Assembly: GCA_964474855.1 (NCBI GenBank)
Contig: CAYYUB010000002.1
Span: 1-43,990 of the forward strand
DNA from: an uncultured bacterium
GTDB lineage: Bacteria; Hydrothermota; UBA3072
Length of the DNA stretch: 43,990 nt
Direction: 5' to 3'
Made by a program: the position numbers and the translations under genes
Shown here: one piece after another, positions 1 through 9,544 of the stretch
How positions within the stretch are numbered: the stretch's first letter is position 1
Layout: every line of letters starts with the position of its first letter
The notes under the pieces: model-generated
Databases searched by the model: none
Seen by the model: the letters and a program-made list of their open reading frames with translations, nothing else
What the model was told of the DNA's origin: nothing

Positions 1-883
1 CACCAACATCTACTTCTTGCGTTACTACAGCCTTTTCTTCTTTTTTATCCACGATGGAATATTCGAAGAAAATATTACCGGTTACAACCCAAACTCTTCC
101 AATTACAACAAAATTCACTCCGGAAACATTAAGAAATTGAACGGCAAGAGGAGCGTTACTGCTCACCTCTTCTTCATCGTCTATTGCAAGACTTGTTTTC
201 GCGCTACTCAAATCTGCCGCCAGGATCGCCTTAAAAGAAGAACCAAATGCCGCATCCATTTTAGTTGCGATAAGGTTCTTGATTATATCCCCAAGCCGCA
301 TCGACTTAGCATCTGCATCCTCCTCTTTAAATTTAAAAACGTAATATTCGACTTTTTCTCCCTCAAATTCCGGCATATACTTCCTGTTTAAAGTCTCAAT
401 TATTCGATCTGTTATATCATAAATATCATCAGCGTATAAAACCACACCGGTAGACGCGTCAAGAATGTAAGAAAACTCCTCTTCCTCAGCAATTTCAGAA
501 ACAATAGTATCTATTTCTTGAAGAAGAGGTTGCATCAATTCCTTATTCAAATTCTCAGCTAAACCTTCTTTACGATAAATTTCGTTAATATAATTTTCAA
601 GCTCAGTTTTCTTTTTCTGTAATTCTTCTATCTTACGTACCTTAGCTTCCTCGGTTAGCATAAATGACTGTGTCTGCAAATCCTTCTGAAGTTTCTCAAG
701 CTCTTGTTGGCGACGGTTGACTTCATTTTTCCATTCTTTAACCTTCTTTTCAAACTCATTCCTAATTTCTTGTGCTTTTTTATACTGTACCAGTATTTTT
801 TGAGAATCGATATATCCGATTTTTTGTTCGGCAAAAAGCGATAAAGCAAAAAACACGAATAAAAATTTAAAATTCCTTTTCAT
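1..883 (-). CDS. skp: Skp/OmpH-family periplasmic chaperone with an extra C-terminal domain; 3' end runs off the window (therefore absent from the ORF track)
   Basis: Hand translation of the minus strand from ATG 883-881 (GGGAGG 4 nt upstream): MKRNFKFLFVFFALSLFAEQKIGYIDSQKILVQYKKAQEIRNEFEKKVKEWKNEVNRRQQELEKLQ... It shows a signal peptide, an OmpH-type KIGYIDSQKIL opening and a K/E/Q-rich coiled coil. The frame stays open to nt 1 (about 294 codons). It lies downstream of bamA. Confidence 0.8.
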   Translation of the reverse strand, partial: MKRNFKFLFVFFALSLFAEQKIGYIDSQKILVQYKKAQEIRNEFEKKVKEWKNEVNRRQQELEKLQKDLQTQSFMLTEEAKVRKIEELQKKKTELENYINEIYRKEGLAENLNKELMQPLLQEIDTIVSEIAEEEEFSYILDASTGVVLYADDIYDITDRIIETLNRKYMPEFEGEKVEYYVFKFKEEDADAKSMRLGDIIKNLIATKMDAAFGSSFKAILAADLSSAKTSLAIDDEEEVSSNAPLAVQFLNVSGVNFVVIGRVWVVTGNIFFEYSIVDKKEEKAVVTQEVDVG

Positions 884-1826
884 TTTTCCTCCCTTTTCCT
901 GATATGGAAACACCTATACTTCCTATAAACTCACTATCGGCAAAGTTTCCGGAATATTTCCTGTTCTCAAACATTATTGAAACCGGTAGACCGCTCATCA
1001 CAAAAGAAATACCTCCCAGATACCTATTGGCTTCTACTTCAACTCCATTGCCCATAGAATATATCCTACCATACCCTAATTTAAACAATCCATAATGCAA
1101 ACCGATTATTCCTTCTTTTCTATCAATAGAGAAAATTATATTCTTATTTTCACTAAATGAATAATTGAAACCAAAACGCAGAGGTAAATCAAGTTTAAAT
1201 TCCTCTTCCTCCCCCCTCAATTCCCATTTTTCTATCTTCTGGTAAGGACAATAATAACCACCTAAACTCAAATTCCCAAAATCACAATAAAAACCCAGAC
1301 CTATCGAATAACCCCTGAAATATGTAGTAACGGTATCATAAACATCATAATACTCCAGGAAATCAATCAGCCAAAGATCATCAATTTTTCCATTTAAAAG
1401 ATTAACATCTATACCTAATGAAACAGGTCCTGAAGATTTTTTCAGGAATGCGCCAAAACGATACATCCCGCCTGTTCTAATAAAATTACTGATATAAGTA
1501 TAATCATCATTTGAAGTGATTGTAGAAGATCTTATACGTGAATCATATAGAAGATTAAAACTACCTCCCACAGAAAAACTTGAGAGAATAGGAATATTAA
1601 AGAAAGCAGAAGAAAAATCCCCTTCTGTCTTTGTGTAATCATCAGAAAAAAGTCGAAAATTAACCGAAAGACAATCCTGTGTATCTGCAAGGGCCGGATT
1701 CACACAAACATTCCCCACCACAGCAGAGGACTGAGAAAAACCATCGCTTCCTACCCATTCTCCAGGCAAACTATCCGCAAGATTAGGGTTTAAAGAAATC
1801 AAAAGAAAAAGGCTAAATTTTATCAT
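867..1826 (-). CDS. Putative outer-membrane beta-barrel protein, family unknown
   Basis: The track ORF 867..1847 starts at TTG. I prefer ATG 1826, 2 nt after the upstream stop, which gives the signal peptide MIKFSLFLLISLNPNLA. The sequence has G/Y/S/F-rich alternating strands and a C-terminal ...NEKEF aromatic terminus typical of BAM substrates. Confidence 0.6.
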   Translation of the reverse strand: MIKFSLFLLISLNPNLADSLPGEWVGSDGFSQSSAVVGNVCVNPALADTQDCLSVNFRLFSDDYTKTEGDFSSAFFNIPILSSFSVGGSFNLLYDSRIRSSTITSNDDYTYISNFIRTGGMYRFGAFLKKSSGPVSLGIDVNLLNGKIDDLWLIDFLEYYDVYDTVTTYFRGYSIGLGFYCDFGNLSLGGYYCPYQKIEKWELRGEEEEFKLDLPLRFGFNYSFSENKNIIFSIDRKEGIIGLHYGLFKLGYGRIYSMGNGVEVEANRYLGGISFVMSGLPVSIMFENRKYSGNFADSEFIGSIGVSISGKGRKNEKEF

Positions 1827-1828
1827 TA

Positions 1829-2872
1829 TCACGGGAACTCCACCCAAATAAATTTAATTTCACTATCTCCAAGCTTTTCGAAACCAATGCCCTCTTTTTC
1901 TTCTCTTGCTTCAACTTTAATATGAAAAATACTATCATCGGGAACACTTCTGAAGAAAGAAGCAAGATTGAACCTCAACGAATCACCTTCAGAAGAAGAG
2001 AGCGCGGTAAAAGACAATTCCGAAGTACTAAGATTAGCTCCTACAGTAAAAGCCATTGTATCTGCAATATCAATAACTAATTCAGCTTCCGCTATTTTAT
2101 TTAACCCCAACGGTAATGAATCTCGCGGAATGAAAATATGAGTTCTAATCGATAATCCCCTGCCAACTAAAAGAGAATCGGTAAAAATTGTATCCTGAAA
2201 TGGATTTTTAACAATATAGGCATCCTCAACACACAAAATTATAGAATTTGCCAGAGTATCTTCCGATTCTACCTTCAACCGAGTTGCCCCAGCACTAAAG
2301 GAATAAAAGCGGTCAGAATGAACGGCTAAACCGTAATTTCCAATTGAACTAATTATCGATGCATCCAGGGAGAGAGAATCTCCTAAGAAAATCAGAGAAT
2401 TTGTATCTGTAGCCGGAGAATCAACAGGTACAGGATACATTGTAGCAACTTGTATAGGACTGGTCGTATCGATAAGAGAACCAATATCATTCCACTCATA
2501 TACAGAATCTTCATACCATTCCTGCTCTAAAGCAAATAAAGTTAGCTCACAGGTAAAAGTATCCGATACAAAACGGAGAAAGAGGCTATCGAAATTTTCA
2601 GGAATAGAATCGAATTTCATTATTGAATAAGAATCAAAAACATCTTTTTTTCCGCAGAATAACAGATTCGAAGTTCCGGTAGAAATAACTCTAACACTGG
2701 TATAACTCGAATCAATTTTAACCACTTTACTAAAAACAGGCACAGGGTCGATATAATAATCCTTCTTGGAATCGCATCCAATCCCAATTAATATAGGAAC
2801 AAACAGGATAAGATTTCTCAACAGAATCAATTTACTCAAAATGTTGTACCTATCTGAAAATGAGGTTTCCAT
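1829..2872 (-). CDS. Lipoprotein of unknown function, translationally coupled to bamA
   Basis: Lipobox ...LILFVPILIGIGC followed by DSKK. ATG 2872 overlaps bamA by 37 nt. An alternative TTG at 2839 overlaps the bamA TGA (TTGA) and gives MSKLILLRNLILFVPILIGIGC. Confidence 0.7.
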   Translation of the reverse strand: METSFSDRYNILSKLILLRNLILFVPILIGIGCDSKKDYYIDPVPVFSKVVKIDSSYTSVRVISTGTSNLLFCGKKDVFDSYSIMKFDSIPENFDSLFLRFVSDTFTCELTLFALEQEWYEDSVYEWNDIGSLIDTTSPIQVATMYPVPVDSPATDTNSLIFLGDSLSLDASIISSIGNYGLAVHSDRFYSFSAGATRLKVESEDTLANSIILCVEDAYIVKNPFQDTIFTDSLLVGRGLSIRTHIFIPRDSLPLGLNKIAEAELVIDIADTMAFTVGANLSTSELSFTALSSSEGDSLRFNLASFFRSVPDDSIFHIKVEAREEKEGIGFEKLGDSEIKFIWVEFP

Positions 2873-5046
2873 CGTCTTTGGCCTTCAAATAAATTTAAGT
2901 TATATCCAAAATCAACACCGAGAACACCCATCATGGGTATCTCCGCCCTAAATCCGACTCCTACGCCATAAAAGAGATCCATCATATTAGCCTCCTGCAA
3001 ATTTGCAAAACAGTTACCGGCATCCAGAAATATCATCCCGTATCCTTTATCTGCAAAATTCAACCTCAGCTCAAGATTATTAAGGAAGGCAAAATTACCT
3101 CCGACATATTCCCTTGTCGGGTCAGGGATAATTACCTCATTATCGTAACCACGCAAACCCCAGGTTCCTACACCACCAAGCAGAAATCTTTCAAGTAAGG
3201 GAACTGTCTTTCCTGACGGAGCGTATGCATAACCTATTTTCGTCCTATTCATAATGACCATATCTTCCGCAAAAATAGACTGAACTTTCCTGGCTTCAAG
3301 GTCTAACTTATAATACCTTCTACTTCCACCTAAAATACCTCCCGCATACTTACCTCCCAAAGAATAATAGCTACCCACAGTCGGAGCTATCTTAGAATCT
3401 CTGGAATCATAAATCAGGCTCCCATACAATGAACTCTCCCAGTTTATCCCTGAATCGAAGTCCGCGTATTCACCGGAAGCATCCACACTTTCCTTTTCCA
3501 ACCTGTAAGTAAACAATGATGTAAGATTTCTTTCCTTATTTAAAATTCTACCAGCAGAGACAGAACCTCCTACTTCCTTTACACTGTAGTAAGTTCTCTG
3601 CCAATGTCTATTATATAGACTAAAACCAACGGAAGTAGGTGTATCAAAAAGCCACGGCTGATTCCATGATAATAATATATTCTGAAGAGATCTGCCTTCA
3701 GTAGACGCGAGAGTCCTTTCTAAGGAAAAACTAAATATTTGCCCTGTTCCAAATACATTAGGCATCGTCACATTAATTCCTCCGGTAAGACCGTAACTCC
3801 CGGAAAAACCTACAGTTCCCGAAAAATATCCGGTAGGTTTTTCCGTTACTTCCAGAATTAGATCTATAGAATCAGGAGACGGGAAATCCATATCTATCTT
3901 CATATCAGAAAAATAACCAAGTCGAAAAATATTCCTGTAACTGTGCATTATTCTATCTCTTTGAAAAAGCTTCCCAGGATAAACAACTGTGTTTCTTCTG
4001 ATTACCTTATCATAAGTCTTATTGTTACCCATTATATTGACAAACCTTATATAAACAGGACTCCCCTTATCAACATAAAGGTCAATATCAACTATCGAAT
4101 CTTTCACAATATTATAGTTGGGTAAAATTGTTGGATTTAAATAACCGAACTCGGAATAAAAAATAGAAAGATCTTCCATTGTTTTTTGAATTTTATCCTC
4201 GCCGAACAACTCGCCTTTTTTCCATTTTATCCTACTCGAAATAAAACCAAGGTCCTCCGTGCCCTCAAGATGAGTATCCCCAAAGTAATAAAGTCTTCCT
4301 TCGTCAACAACATAATTTATTACAGCAGCGTTATCTTGATAATCCACATAAAAAGTATCTACAGCAACACTTAAATATCCATAATTCCTATACAATGCTT
4401 CAATTTTCGGCACATCGGCTTGCAATGAATCCAATTTCAAGCCATTATTTCTCCAAAAAAGGTACCAGGTTTTAGTCTTGTTTGAAAGAACCTTGGAAAG
4501 AACATGGTCTGAAAGACCGTCATTATCAATAAAATTAATCTTTTTAACCTTATATTTCGCTCCTTCATCAATGATAAAAGTCACATTTACTCCATCTTCC
4601 TCTTCTACCTTTGAAAGTGAAATCTCGGTTCCCGAAAATCCCTTTTCTTCATATAAATTATATATTTTTTCCTTTATCCTGTGCAATTTATAATCGGAAA
4701 GCATAGCCGGAGGGGATAAATCAACCAACGATGAAATATCTCCGTCGCTCAATTTATTGTTACCTTCAAACTCTAATGACTTAAGACGAGGATTTTCTAT
4801 TACCACAATTACCAACCTTACTCCCCCACTTTTGCGTTTAGAATGGAGTTTCACATCAGCAAAAAATCCGGTCAGATAAAGACTTTTTATCGCTTTTATT
4901 CCCTTCTCCTGCGTCAATACCTCACCTACCCTAAAACCGGAAGAACGAACAACCAGAGAAGTATCGACTTCCATAAGCCCTTCTACATCTACTTCTACTA
5001 TTACCTCTCCATAAGGGAAAGCGAATAAAAAAAACAATCCTAACAT
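2836..5046 (-). CDS. bamA: Outer membrane protein assembly factor BamA (Omp85 family)
   Basis: 736 aa. N-terminal POTRA-like repeats (e.g. VKKINFIDNDGLSD, IRFVNIMGNNKTYDKVIRR), then an Omp85/D15 barrel (LGGVGTWGLRGY, FLDAGN) ending in ...HFQIGTTF. Confidence 0.95.
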   Translation of the reverse strand: MLGLFFLFAFPYGEVIVEVDVEGLMEVDTSLVVRSSGFRVGEVLTQEKGIKAIKSLYLTGFFADVKLHSKRKSGGVRLVIVVIENPRLKSLEFEGNNKLSDGDISSLVDLSPPAMLSDYKLHRIKEKIYNLYEEKGFSGTEISLSKVEEEDGVNVTFIIDEGAKYKVKKINFIDNDGLSDHVLSKVLSNKTKTWYLFWRNNGLKLDSLQADVPKIEALYRNYGYLSVAVDTFYVDYQDNAAVINYVVDEGRLYYFGDTHLEGTEDLGFISSRIKWKKGELFGEDKIQKTMEDLSIFYSEFGYLNPTILPNYNIVKDSIVDIDLYVDKGSPVYIRFVNIMGNNKTYDKVIRRNTVVYPGKLFQRDRIMHSYRNIFRLGYFSDMKIDMDFPSPDSIDLILEVTEKPTGYFSGTVGFSGSYGLTGGINVTMPNVFGTGQIFSFSLERTLASTEGRSLQNILLSWNQPWLFDTPTSVGFSLYNRHWQRTYYSVKEVGGSVSAGRILNKERNLTSLFTYRLEKESVDASGEYADFDSGINWESSLYGSLIYDSRDSKIAPTVGSYYSLGGKYAGGILGGSRRYYKLDLEARKVQSIFAEDMVIMNRTKIGYAYAPSGKTVPLLERFLLGGVGTWGLRGYDNEVIIPDPTREYVGGNFAFLNNLELRLNFADKGYGMIFLDAGNCFANLQEANMMDLFYGVGVGFRAEIPMMGVLGVDFGYNLNLFEGQRRWKPHFQIGTTF

Positions 5047-5055
5047 AGCGCCTCA

Positions 5056-5083
5056 ACAATAATGTATTTTATTGTAAAGTCAA
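5056..5083 (-). promoter_or_regulatory. Candidate sigma70-type promoter of the bamA operon
   Basis: TTGACT(5083-5078)-16 nt-TATTGT(5061-5056), 9 nt before ATG 5046. A GAGG also lies 4 nt before the ATG, so the leader length is ambiguous. Confidence 0.35.
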
Positions 5084-5207
5084 GGGTTATCACAACAAGG
5101 AGGATATGCGTCCATCCGCGTTTAAAGATAGCTATGACTTGTAGGTTCGGAGCTCTAAGCAGATTTAGAATTAACATAGAAATAACAAGACGAACAAGCA
5201 GCTATAT

Positions 5208-6209
5208 TCAATCTCCTTTATAAATAATTTTCTTTTCTTTAAAACTTCTTTCCGCCATTTCGACTGCTTTTATTACCCTCAAGGCATTATAACCATCTGT
5301 AAGAGGTTTCTTTCTTTCCCTTACACATTCTAAAAAATGTTCCATTTCCATCCTCAAAGGTTCTCTATTGGAAAGAGTAGGAGAATGAATATCTCCCGAT
5401 CTATAAGAGAGTAAAAACTCACCATAATCATGCGGGTCCTCGAAATCTACCCCGGAATCATAAATTTTTACTTTTTCCTGGGGATTAGTTTCATTATAGA
5501 CAATCATCTTCTTCCTTCCCACTATTATTGTTTCTCTAACTTTAGAAGGCGCCAGCCAACCTACCTGAATATCCGCAATCATTCCACAATCAAAAGCCAA
5601 CTGAACAAAAGCCACATCCGGTAATCCATTTACTACGGAAGCTTTCGCCATAGTAGAAACCGAAACAGGCTCCGAATCGACCCATTTAAAAATAATTGAC
5701 AAATCATGAGGAGCTAAATCCCACAGAACATTTACATCTTTTCTGTGTATCCCCAAATTTACCCTGGTAGAAGTTATATATTGAAGTTCTCCAACCTCAT
5801 CATTTTTTATAATATCATTAATCTTTATCACTGCATCGTTATATTCAAAAATGTGACCGACCATCAAAATGCATTCTTTCTCTGCTGCCAGGTCTATAAG
5901 CTCCTGAGCCTTAACCGAAGATTCCGTCATAGGCTTCTCTACAAAAACATCCTTACCGCTATTAATAAAATCCTTTGCAATCGAATAATGAATACACACG
6001 GGAGTTGATATCAATACAGCCTTTATTTCATCGTCGGCAAGTAATTCCTCATAATTATCAACATATATAGCATTAGTGAACATTTTCTTAACCTCTTCTA
6101 AGCGCTTCTTCTCTTTTTCACAACCAACAACTTCTACACCTCCCAAGGAAAGTAGACTACGCATTAAATTCGGTCCCCAATATCCAAGTCCAATAACTCC
6201 TACTTTCAT
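5208..6209 (-). CDS. Gfo/Idh/MocA-family NAD-dependent sugar-nucleotide 3-dehydrogenase (WbpB/WlbA-like)
   Basis: Rossmann N-terminus MKVGVIGLGYWGPN. ATG 6209 has AGGAG 5 nt upstream (the track start 6215 is GTG). It is adjacent to the DegT aminotransferase and hexapeptide acetyltransferase genes. Confidence 0.8.
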   Translation of the reverse strand: MKVGVIGLGYWGPNLMRSLLSLGGVEVVGCEKEKKRLEEVKKMFTNAIYVDNYEELLADDEIKAVLISTPVCIHYSIAKDFINSGKDVFVEKPMTESSVKAQELIDLAAEKECILMVGHIFEYNDAVIKINDIIKNDEVGELQYITSTRVNLGIHRKDVNVLWDLAPHDLSIIFKWVDSEPVSVSTMAKASVVNGLPDVAFVQLAFDCGMIADIQVGWLAPSKVRETIIVGRKKMIVYNETNPQEKVKIYDSGVDFEDPHDYGEFLLSYRSGDIHSPTLSNREPLRMEMEHFLECVRERKKPLTDGYNALRVIKAVEMAERSFKEKKIIYKGD

Positions 6210-6217
6210 GAACACTC

Positions 6218-7369
6218 CTATTTATAAAAATCTCTTATGGTTTCCACAACTCTACCTGCATCTTCCTCGTTTAAATGCGGATACATAGGAAGAGATAAAA
6301 TTTCATCTGCTATCCTTTCCGTTTCAGGCAAATCTCCCTTCTTATATCCGTTACCTCTCATAGCTTCTTGGAGATGAATAGGTACAGGATAATGCATACC
6401 ACAACCAATACCATTTTTTTTCAAATGTTCAAGAAGTTCATTCCTATCATCGGAACGAATCACATAAAGATGATATACATGAAGAACCCCTTCGGCTTCT
6501 TCCGGAATCACAACAGGCAAACCCTTTAAAGCTTCATTATAAAACCGGGCTATCTTTCTTCTCTTTCTATTCCACTGGTCTAAAAGCTTCAATTTGCAGC
6601 GCAGGACAGCGGCTTGAAGTTCATCTAACCGGGAATTAAAGCCAACCAATTCATGGGAATATTTATCATTCTGACCATGTTCCCTCAGTTTTCTTACTAT
6701 TCGCGCATATTCGTCATCATTAGTCGTAACCCCTCCACCTTCTCCAAAAGCACCAAGATTCTTTGAAAAATAAAAACTAAAAGCTCCTAAATCACCAAGA
6801 CTCCCTGCTTTTTTACTTTTATACTCGGCGCCATGAGCCTGAGCACAATCCTCGATAAGAGAAAGATCATACTTCCCAGCTATTTCTTTAAAAGCACCCA
6901 TATCAGCCGGATGACCATAAATATGTACAGGTAAAATAGCTTTTAAAATTTTACCCGTCTTTTTATCTTTTAACCCTTCCTGTGTTTCCATACAATTCTT
7001 CTCTATATATTCAAGGGTTCTCTCCGCAGACAACGTATAAGATTTCGTGTCAATATCCAGCATAACAGGATAAGCCCCTGAATGGATAACGGCTTCAACG
7101 GTTGCAAAGAAAGTATGAGAAGGAGCAATCACTTCATTCTCTTCCCCAACCCCTACAGATTTTAATGCAAAATGAAGCGCTTCTGTTCCCGAACCAACAC
7201 CAATACAGTGCTTCACATTATTATAAGAAGCAAATTCCCTTTCAAACTCTTGAACATTTGTACCCAGATATAAATACATAGAATCGAGTATCTCATCCCA
7301 AAGACCATGCATTTCGTCCTTAACCTCTTCATACTGAGCGTGAAGATCAACGAGCGGAATCTGCTTCAA
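6218..7369 (-). CDS. DegT/DnrJ/EryC1/StrS-family PLP-dependent sugar aminotransferase (WbpE/WlbC-like)
   Basis: 383 aa. Contains the SFYFSKNLGAFGEGGG region holding the Schiff-base Lys, typical of this family. Confidence 0.9.
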   Translation of the reverse strand: MKQIPLVDLHAQYEEVKDEMHGLWDEILDSMYLYLGTNVQEFEREFASYNNVKHCIGVGSGTEALHFALKSVGVGEENEVIAPSHTFFATVEAVIHSGAYPVMLDIDTKSYTLSAERTLEYIEKNCMETQEGLKDKKTGKILKAILPVHIYGHPADMGAFKEIAGKYDLSLIEDCAQAHGAEYKSKKAGSLGDLGAFSFYFSKNLGAFGEGGGVTTNDDEYARIVRKLREHGQNDKYSHELVGFNSRLDELQAAVLRCKLKLLDQWNRKRRKIARFYNEALKGLPVVIPEEAEGVLHVYHLYVIRSDDRNELLEHLKKNGIGCGMHYPVPIHLQEAMRGNGYKKGDLPETERIADEILSLPMYPHLNEEDAGRVVETIRDFYK

Positions 7370-7901
7370 TTAATTTTCTCCTAATTTTTGCTTTTTCACC
7401 ATAAACTACTACTCCCGCGGGAATATCTTCCGTTACAGTCGAACCAAGCCCAATTAAAGCACCTTTACCTATAGTAACTCCGCATTTAATAACTGATTGC
7501 GCCCCTATTGAAACCGAATTTTCTATAGTAGTAGTCGTTACTTCATATTCTTCTTTCAAAGCCCCCGAGTCATTGCATGAATGTGGATATACATCATTTG
7601 TAAAAATAACATTCGGACCAAGAAATACACAATCTCCGATTTTAACACCTTCAGGGATAAAAACAAAAGGTTCGATTTTTACGTTCTTTCCGATTTTAAC
7701 ACCCTTTCGGATTTCAACAAAAGCTCCTATTTTTGTATTTTCACCTATCTCTGCCCCATATATGTTTACATTACCCCATATTGTAACGCCCTCATTCAGA
7801 ATTGAATTACTTATAACTATGTTATATTCAGGAATCAACAAGTCCTGCGGCTTTCCCGTATCAATTCTTCTCCTTTCTCCTCTGATGTTTAAAAAACCCA
7901 T
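7347..7901 (-). CDS. Hexapeptide-repeat (left-handed beta-helix) sugar N-acetyltransferase (WbpD/WlbB-like)
   Basis: Repeated [LIV]G-x4 hexapeptides (IGENTKIGAFVEIRKGVKIGKNVKIEPFVFI...). AGGAGG lies 4 nt before ATG 7901. Confidence 0.85.
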   Translation of the reverse strand: MGFLNIRGERRRIDTGKPQDLLIPEYNIVISNSILNEGVTIWGNVNIYGAEIGENTKIGAFVEIRKGVKIGKNVKIEPFVFIPEGVKIGDCVFLGPNVIFTNDVYPHSCNDSGALKEEYEVTTTTIENSVSIGAQSVIKCGVTIGKGALIGLGSTVTEDIPAGVVVYGEKAKIRRKLIEADSAR

Positions 7902-7909
7902 AAAACCTC

Positions 7910-9214
7910 CTAATATGCTCCCTTTCCAAAAACAATCGCGTGTGGCGTTTGACTTAAAAGATGCAGATCAAGGCACAAACTTCTGTTCTCGACATAGAAT
8001 ATATCAAGAAAACAGGATTTGTCAAATGTCAATCTTGCCCTACCAAAAACTTGCCATACACCGGTAACACCCTGTTTAACTGAGAGCCGCTCTTTATGCC
8101 ACTGTGAGTACTGATCAACCTCATACTCAAGAGGAGGTCTGGGTCCAACTAATGAAAGTTCACCTTTTAAAACATTAAAAAATTGAGGAAATTCATCAAT
8201 ACTTATCTTTCTTAATACTTTACCCCAAGCAGTAACTCTATCATCATTAGTTAATTTAAATTCACTTTTTCTATTACTTCCATTTATATAAACCTTAACA
8301 AATTTTTTATGCGGTTCATCATCTGAAGACATTAGCATAGAACGGAATTTTAACATATGAAAAACTTTTCCACCTTTACTAACTCTTTTCTGTATAAAAA
8401 AAACGGGGCCCTTAGATGTTAATTTGATTCCTATTGCCGCAATAATCATAAAAGGGGAAAAAATTATATTGGCGAAAATTGCCCCAATAATATCTATCAA
8501 TTTCTTAAAAAAAAGATAAACCTTTGAGCGACCGCTCCATCTAAACAACACAATTGGAATGTCTTCAAAATACGCCCAATAATCCACCTCATCAATACCG
8601 ACCAAAAGCGGAGAAAACAAAATTACAGGAACCCTACCTTTAAAATATAAAAGGTGTTTGATTAGTTCTTCCCAATTCTCCGTAAATGTAGAAATCACTA
8701 CGGGAAATCCCTTTTTTACATATTCCTCAATCTCTTCTCGCTTTTCTGAAATTTTAATTATTCTAACACCTGAAACTATGTGATCCTGTAACCAATGTCC
8801 AATATCTTTATAATTACCTTCAGGCGCAAAAATCACAATTTCTTTTTTAGGCAGCAATAAAGAACAAAGAGGGACAAGCACAATTCTTGAAAAGTATATC
8901 AAGAAGGAAAAAATTCCGAAAAGTATAAATAAGGAAAAAACATATTGAGAATGAAGCGCAGATGAAGCAAACAACCAAATCAAATAAAAAACAAACATAT
9001 ATACAAGTCCTTTTGTAGTCCTATACACATATCTGAATCTATTTAAAAAAACGAGATAATTATATAAATCAATATACGCGAATATTCCAATAACAAGTAA
9101 AGTAAAAACAATCGATTCCAGATAAATATTACTAACAAATCCAATTATTTCTTTGGGAATAACTTTATATGTTAAAATAATAGAGATTACTGCAAATAGT
9201 ATATCAAAAAACAA
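7910..9214 (-). CDS. Polyprenyl-phosphate sugar-1-phosphate transferase (WbaP/WcaJ-type initiating enzyme)
   Basis: C-terminal bacterial sugar-transferase domain (ISIDEFPQFFNVLKGELSLVGPRPPLEYEV...GVTGVWQV) and N-terminal TM helices. The track start 9214 is TTG without an SD. AAGGAGG (9256-9250) sits 5 nt before an in-frame ATA at 9244, so the real start may be 9244. Confidence 0.9.
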   Translation of the reverse strand: MFFDILFAVISIILTYKVIPKEIIGFVSNIYLESIVFTLLVIGIFAYIDLYNYLVFLNRFRYVYRTTKGLVYMFVFYLIWLFASSALHSQYVFSLFILFGIFSFLIYFSRIVLVPLCSLLLPKKEIVIFAPEGNYKDIGHWLQDHIVSGVRIIKISEKREEIEEYVKKGFPVVISTFTENWEELIKHLLYFKGRVPVILFSPLLVGIDEVDYWAYFEDIPIVLFRWSGRSKVYLFFKKLIDIIGAIFANIIFSPFMIIAAIGIKLTSKGPVFFIQKRVSKGGKVFHMLKFRSMLMSSDDEPHKKFVKVYINGSNRKSEFKLTNDDRVTAWGKVLRKISIDEFPQFFNVLKGELSLVGPRPPLEYEVDQYSQWHKERLSVKQGVTGVWQVFGRARLTFDKSCFLDIFYVENRSLCLDLHLLSQTPHAIVFGKGAY

Positions 9215-9509
9215 AAGCAGAAACTGCTGTTTTTTCCAGATTATTTTTACCTCCTTTTATTATAATTAGACGAACAAAACCCTATATAGTTCCATTTTGT
9301 CTTGGTTTTATTGGATAAAGAACTCTAAACGAATTTTATTAATTGTCAATCTCAATTATACAATATAACAACAAAACACAGATTATATATGAGATTCATT
9401 TAATTTTCCGATTATCATGATTGAAGACAACATTTCTCCTTCGGTTAAAAAATATTTTTTTCGACAAAAGACCACCTCCAAAGGTATATTTAAGTTTCAA
9501 AGAATTCTC

Positions 9510-9537
9510 TTGCCAATATTACCATTTTATATATAAT
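9510..9537 (+). promoter_or_regulatory. Candidate promoter; -10 box ends 7 nt before ATG 9545 (leaderless-type)
   Basis: TTGCCA-16 nt-TATAAT, then tttatta-ATG. No SD. Confidence 0.5.
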
Positions 9538-9544
9538 TTTATTA

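Noticed and set aside
17-391. Plus-strand ORF of 124 aa at the left edge (and the 64-aa ORF 655..849 on the minus strand)
   Set aside because: Its composition is low-complexity (MRYYSLFFFFIH...). The whole region is covered by a much better minus-strand frame encoding an OmpH/Skp protein that is open from 883 to nt 1.
5090-5135. AAGGAGG followed by a 12-codon plus-strand ORF (MRPSAFKDSYDL) in the bamA upstream gap
   Set aside because: The SD-to-ATG spacing is only about 2 nt, the peptide is very short, and it lies antisense to the likely bamA promoter region.
7573-8067. Antisense ORFs inside well-supported genes: 904..1095+, 2766..2951+, 3943..4125+, 4186..4374+, 4478..4693+, 4843..5028+, 5430..5624+, 5745..6008+, 6076..6288+, 7573..8067+, 7581..7805+, 9490..9684-, 10519..10707-, 10791..11021-, 12181..12405-, 14382..14579-, 16063..16456+, 17274..17513+, 21285..21539+, 22753..22947+, 24604..24828+, 25434..25649+, 26161..26349+, 26958..27209+, 28645..28836+, 29942..30145+, 33441..33671+, 34314..34496+, 35337..35552+, 38501..38710+, 38906..39304-, 39981..40235-, 40637..41091-, 41377..41580-, 42911..43111-, 43484..43711-, 43497..43685+
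   Set aside because: Each overlaps a longer ORF with clear family signatures on the other strand or in another frame. Their compositions are typical of shadow ORFs in AT-rich DNA.
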